The translations under genes were made by a program, and so were the position numbers. A DNA stretch of 55,449 nucleotides from Octopus sinensis (lineage: Eukaryota), in assembly GCF_006345805.1 (NCBI RefSeq), contig NW_021834379.1, forward strand, positions 1-55,449, read 5' to 3'. This document shows positions 52,380 through 55,449 of the stretch, in pieces (positions within the stretch are counted from its first letter, which is position 1; the number at the start of each line of letters is the position of its first letter). The notes beneath the pieces were generated by a model. It saw nothing but the letters and a program-made list of their open reading frames with translations. It ran no database searches and was not told the DNA's origin.

Positions 52380-54495
52380 ACTTATTCAAATATTTATGAG
52401 CATGTCTAGATATGCAACTATATACATGAGAATACATGCATAAATCAAAATATACAAATCTGCGCAAATGCATACATACATACATGTATGCATATATACA
52501 TACATACATACGTACATACATACATACAAAAACATTTTGCTGATGTTGAAATCTCAATTAAGGAGCCTTGAAAAAATGTTAGAATATAGCTCTTTATTGG
52601 CATGAAATCTTGAAATAAAACTGAATAATGACATACATACATGCATACATGCATATATACATACATATATACATACATACATACACACATACATACATTC
52701 ATATATACTTGCATACATACATGCATACATACATACATACATACATACATACATACATACATACACGCATGCAAACATACATATATACATACATACACAC
52801 ATACATACATACATACATACATACATACATAAATACATACATACATACGTACATACATACATTCAAATATACATACATACACACATACATACATACATAC
52901 ATACATACATACATACATTCATATATACATACATACACACAAACATACATACATACATACATATATACATACATACACACATACATACATACACACGTAC
53001 ACATACATACACACGCATACATACATACATACATACATACATACATACATACATAGAAAAATATCTTCTTGATGTTGAAATTTCAATGAGGAAGCCTTGG
53101 ATCTAGGTTCGCAAACGGCTCTTTCTCTATTGGCTGGAAACCTTGAAATAAAACTGAATAACGACATACATACATATATTAGCTGATTCGAAGACTACAA
53201 TTCCAAGCCATCACCGGAACTGTAAGAATCTGAAAAACGTTCCAGAAGTTTATCATTTAAGTATGCATGAACATGTCTAGATATGCAACAATGTGCATGA
53301 GACTACATGCATAAAACAAGACATACAAATCTCCACATATACGTGCATTCATTCATACATACATAAAAAAATATCCTGTTATTGAGATTCTAGGTTAGAA
53401 AGCGGCTCTTTCTCTACTGGCAAGAAATTTTGAAATAAAGCTGGATAATGGCATGCATATATACATACATACATACATACATACATACATACATACATAC
53501 ATACATACACACATGCATACATACATACATACATACATACATACAACATACATACATACATACATACATACATACACACATACATACATACATACATACA
53601 TACATACATACATACATACATACATACACACATGCATACATACATACATACATACATACATACATACATACATACATACATACATACATACATACATAAA
53701 CTGATTCGATGACTACAGCTCCAAGTCATCACTGCAACTGTAAAAATCTGTGAAACTTACCTGAAGTTTATCATTTAAGTATATATGAGCATGTCTAGAT
53801 ATGCAACTATATGTGTAACAATATACACATAAAAAAAACATACAAGTCTGCACATACGTACATACATGCAAAAAATACCGTTGATGTTGTTCAAAAATAC
53901 CCAGTGATGTTGTTCATTGAAATTCCAATAAAGGAGCCTTGGACTTTGGTTAGAAACCGGTTCTGTCTCTATTGACAAGAAATCTAGAAATAAAACGGAA
54001 TAATAACTTACATACATAAATACATTTTTTTTCTGCCTTTAACCCTCCAACGCGGAGTATAGGCCACTTATAATTGAATTCCATGTCGCATAATTTTTCG
54101 CTTCTGTACTTATACTCTGCCATGAATGTCCCCCTTTCTCTAGTTCCTTTTGTGTTGATCTACGCCACGAGTTCTTAGGCCTACCTTTCTTTCTATATCC
54201 ATCCGGTTTCCACTGTAAAGCACTTTTCGCTACATTCGGTGTGTCTTTTCTAATTGTGCTACCAATCCACTTCCACTTTTTCTTAAATATTTGCTCCCTA
54301 ACCGAAACTTGATTTGTTCTTTGCCATAGCTCCATATTGCTTATGTGTTCGGGCCATCTAATTTACATACATGAATACATACATACATAAAAATAGCCTG
54401 TTGGTGTTGTTGAAAGTATAATGAAGGAGCCTTTGATCAAGAACCAGCTCTTTCTTTCTTGGCAAGAAATCTTCAAATAAAACTGAATAATGACA
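52380..54495 (+). repeat. Array of module A and module B units separated by (ACAT)n
   Basis: A at ~52380 (partial), 53181 and 53700; B at 52528, 53056, 53365, 53870 and 54389. Confidence 0.8.
54030..54350 (-). mobile_element. RTE-clade LINE 3' fragment
   Basis: KWKWIGSTIRK...ALQWKPDGYRKKGRPKNSWRR, typical RTE C-terminus; adjoins a TATG-type tail. Confidence 0.85.
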
Positions 54496-55094
54496 TATAT
54501 GCTTACAACGAAGTTATTCACCATGTCTGTCAACCAAATATACTAATAATGATTTGGTCGACCTAGAGTTATAGTAGATGACATTTGTTCAAGGTGCCAC
54601 GCAATGAAGCTGAACCCGAAACCATATGCTTGCAACGCAAGCTTCTGTATCACACATCTGTCTTCACCTAAAACTATTAAGTAGCCGCAGTGGGATGGTT
54701 TATGAATTAACGACTGTGGGTCGCTAAAATCAAAGACAGCTCTCGGTTTGGAATTTAAACTGCATTTGCCTCATTTCTATACAAAACATATCGAAATAAT
54801 TTGTACAGTGGGCTACTCCGCATTGCTCCTCGGATTTTGTGGTATGAATATTCCTCCGTGGACGGGACACCGGTCCGTGGCAGGATTACTCCTTTTTATC
54901 AACTGGATGGACTAGGGCAACGTGAATGAAGACTTTTATTCAAGAACACAACTCAACGCCCGATACAGGAATCGAAACCACAACCTTACAAACATGAGTC
55001 CAGCACCCCTAACCCCTAAGACATGTGCCACTCTAACTAAATTCTGTGAAGCGAATACATTTTTCCCTCATACACCACGAAATAGGGTAACGGG

Positions 55095-55449
55095 TAAAGA
55101 CCCCTCCCTTCGGTAGTGAATGACCATGAGATTACACCTAGAAAGATACCCACCGAGGCACAAGTCTGGGCAAGACTGCTTCGGTAATGAATGACCATGG
55201 GATTACACCTAATAAGATACTCTCCGAGGCACAAGTCAGGGAAAGACTGCTTATGGAAGACTAGCAGTTACCCATGCATGCCAGCCTCCCCTCGGCACCA
55301 GGGATATCGTTGTAACTCATTTCTACAGCTGAATGAACTGGAGCAATGTGAAATAAAGTATCTTGCTAAAGGACACAACACACAATCGGACACGGTAATC
55401 CAACTCACTATCTCATGATTGTGAGCTCGACACTCCAACCGCTGGGCCA
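55095..55449 (-). mobile_element. Family-3-type SINE with an internal 71-bp tandem duplication
   Basis: 55108-55178 and 55179-55249 are near-identical; body matches 48250-48330. Confidence 0.7.

Noticed and set aside
52380-54495. CRISPR-like repeat/spacer appearance
   Set aside because: Eukaryotic context, repeats are 90-160 bp and divergent, and the spacers are microsatellite.

Overview
Eukaryotic, AT-rich, repeat-saturated DNA. The SINE families look like those I know from octopus genomes (recognition from memory, not a database search), so this is probably intronic or intergenic Octopus sequence. No host protein-coding gene is supportable, and almost every ORF in the track is a translated microsatellite. 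The real coding remnants are all transposon-derived: a Penelope-like RT/GIY-YIG element (about 9.0-10.3 kb), two Tx1/L1-clade LINEs (14.4-17.2 kb +, 28.4-29.3 kb -), a CR1-type LINE (25.7-27.0 kb -), three R4/Dong-type RLE LINE pieces, an RTE 3' end, a mariner fragment and an internally deleted Tc1 with TIRs. There are also two non-autonomous Helitrons and more than 20 tRNA-derived SINE copies from three families. The most striking signal is RNA structure. A ~280-bp repeat present twice (51.2-51.5 kb +, 19.1-19.3 kb -) contains all three hammerhead-ribozyme core strands at the correct helical junctions, but in a non-circularly permuted (pseudoknotted) order, with compensatory changes in two stems between the copies. 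Four conventional minimal hammerhead-like motifs also occur. Other notable items: a Tx1 element apparently targeted to (TATC)n with a possible ~260-bp target duplication, a local inverted templated insertion with a 35-bp TSD, a ~270-nt foldback, an (ACAT)n-associated modular repeat array, a SINE with an inverted head, a candidate 12-nt microexon and a CpG-rich promoter-like island. Most element boundaries are estimated by eye.
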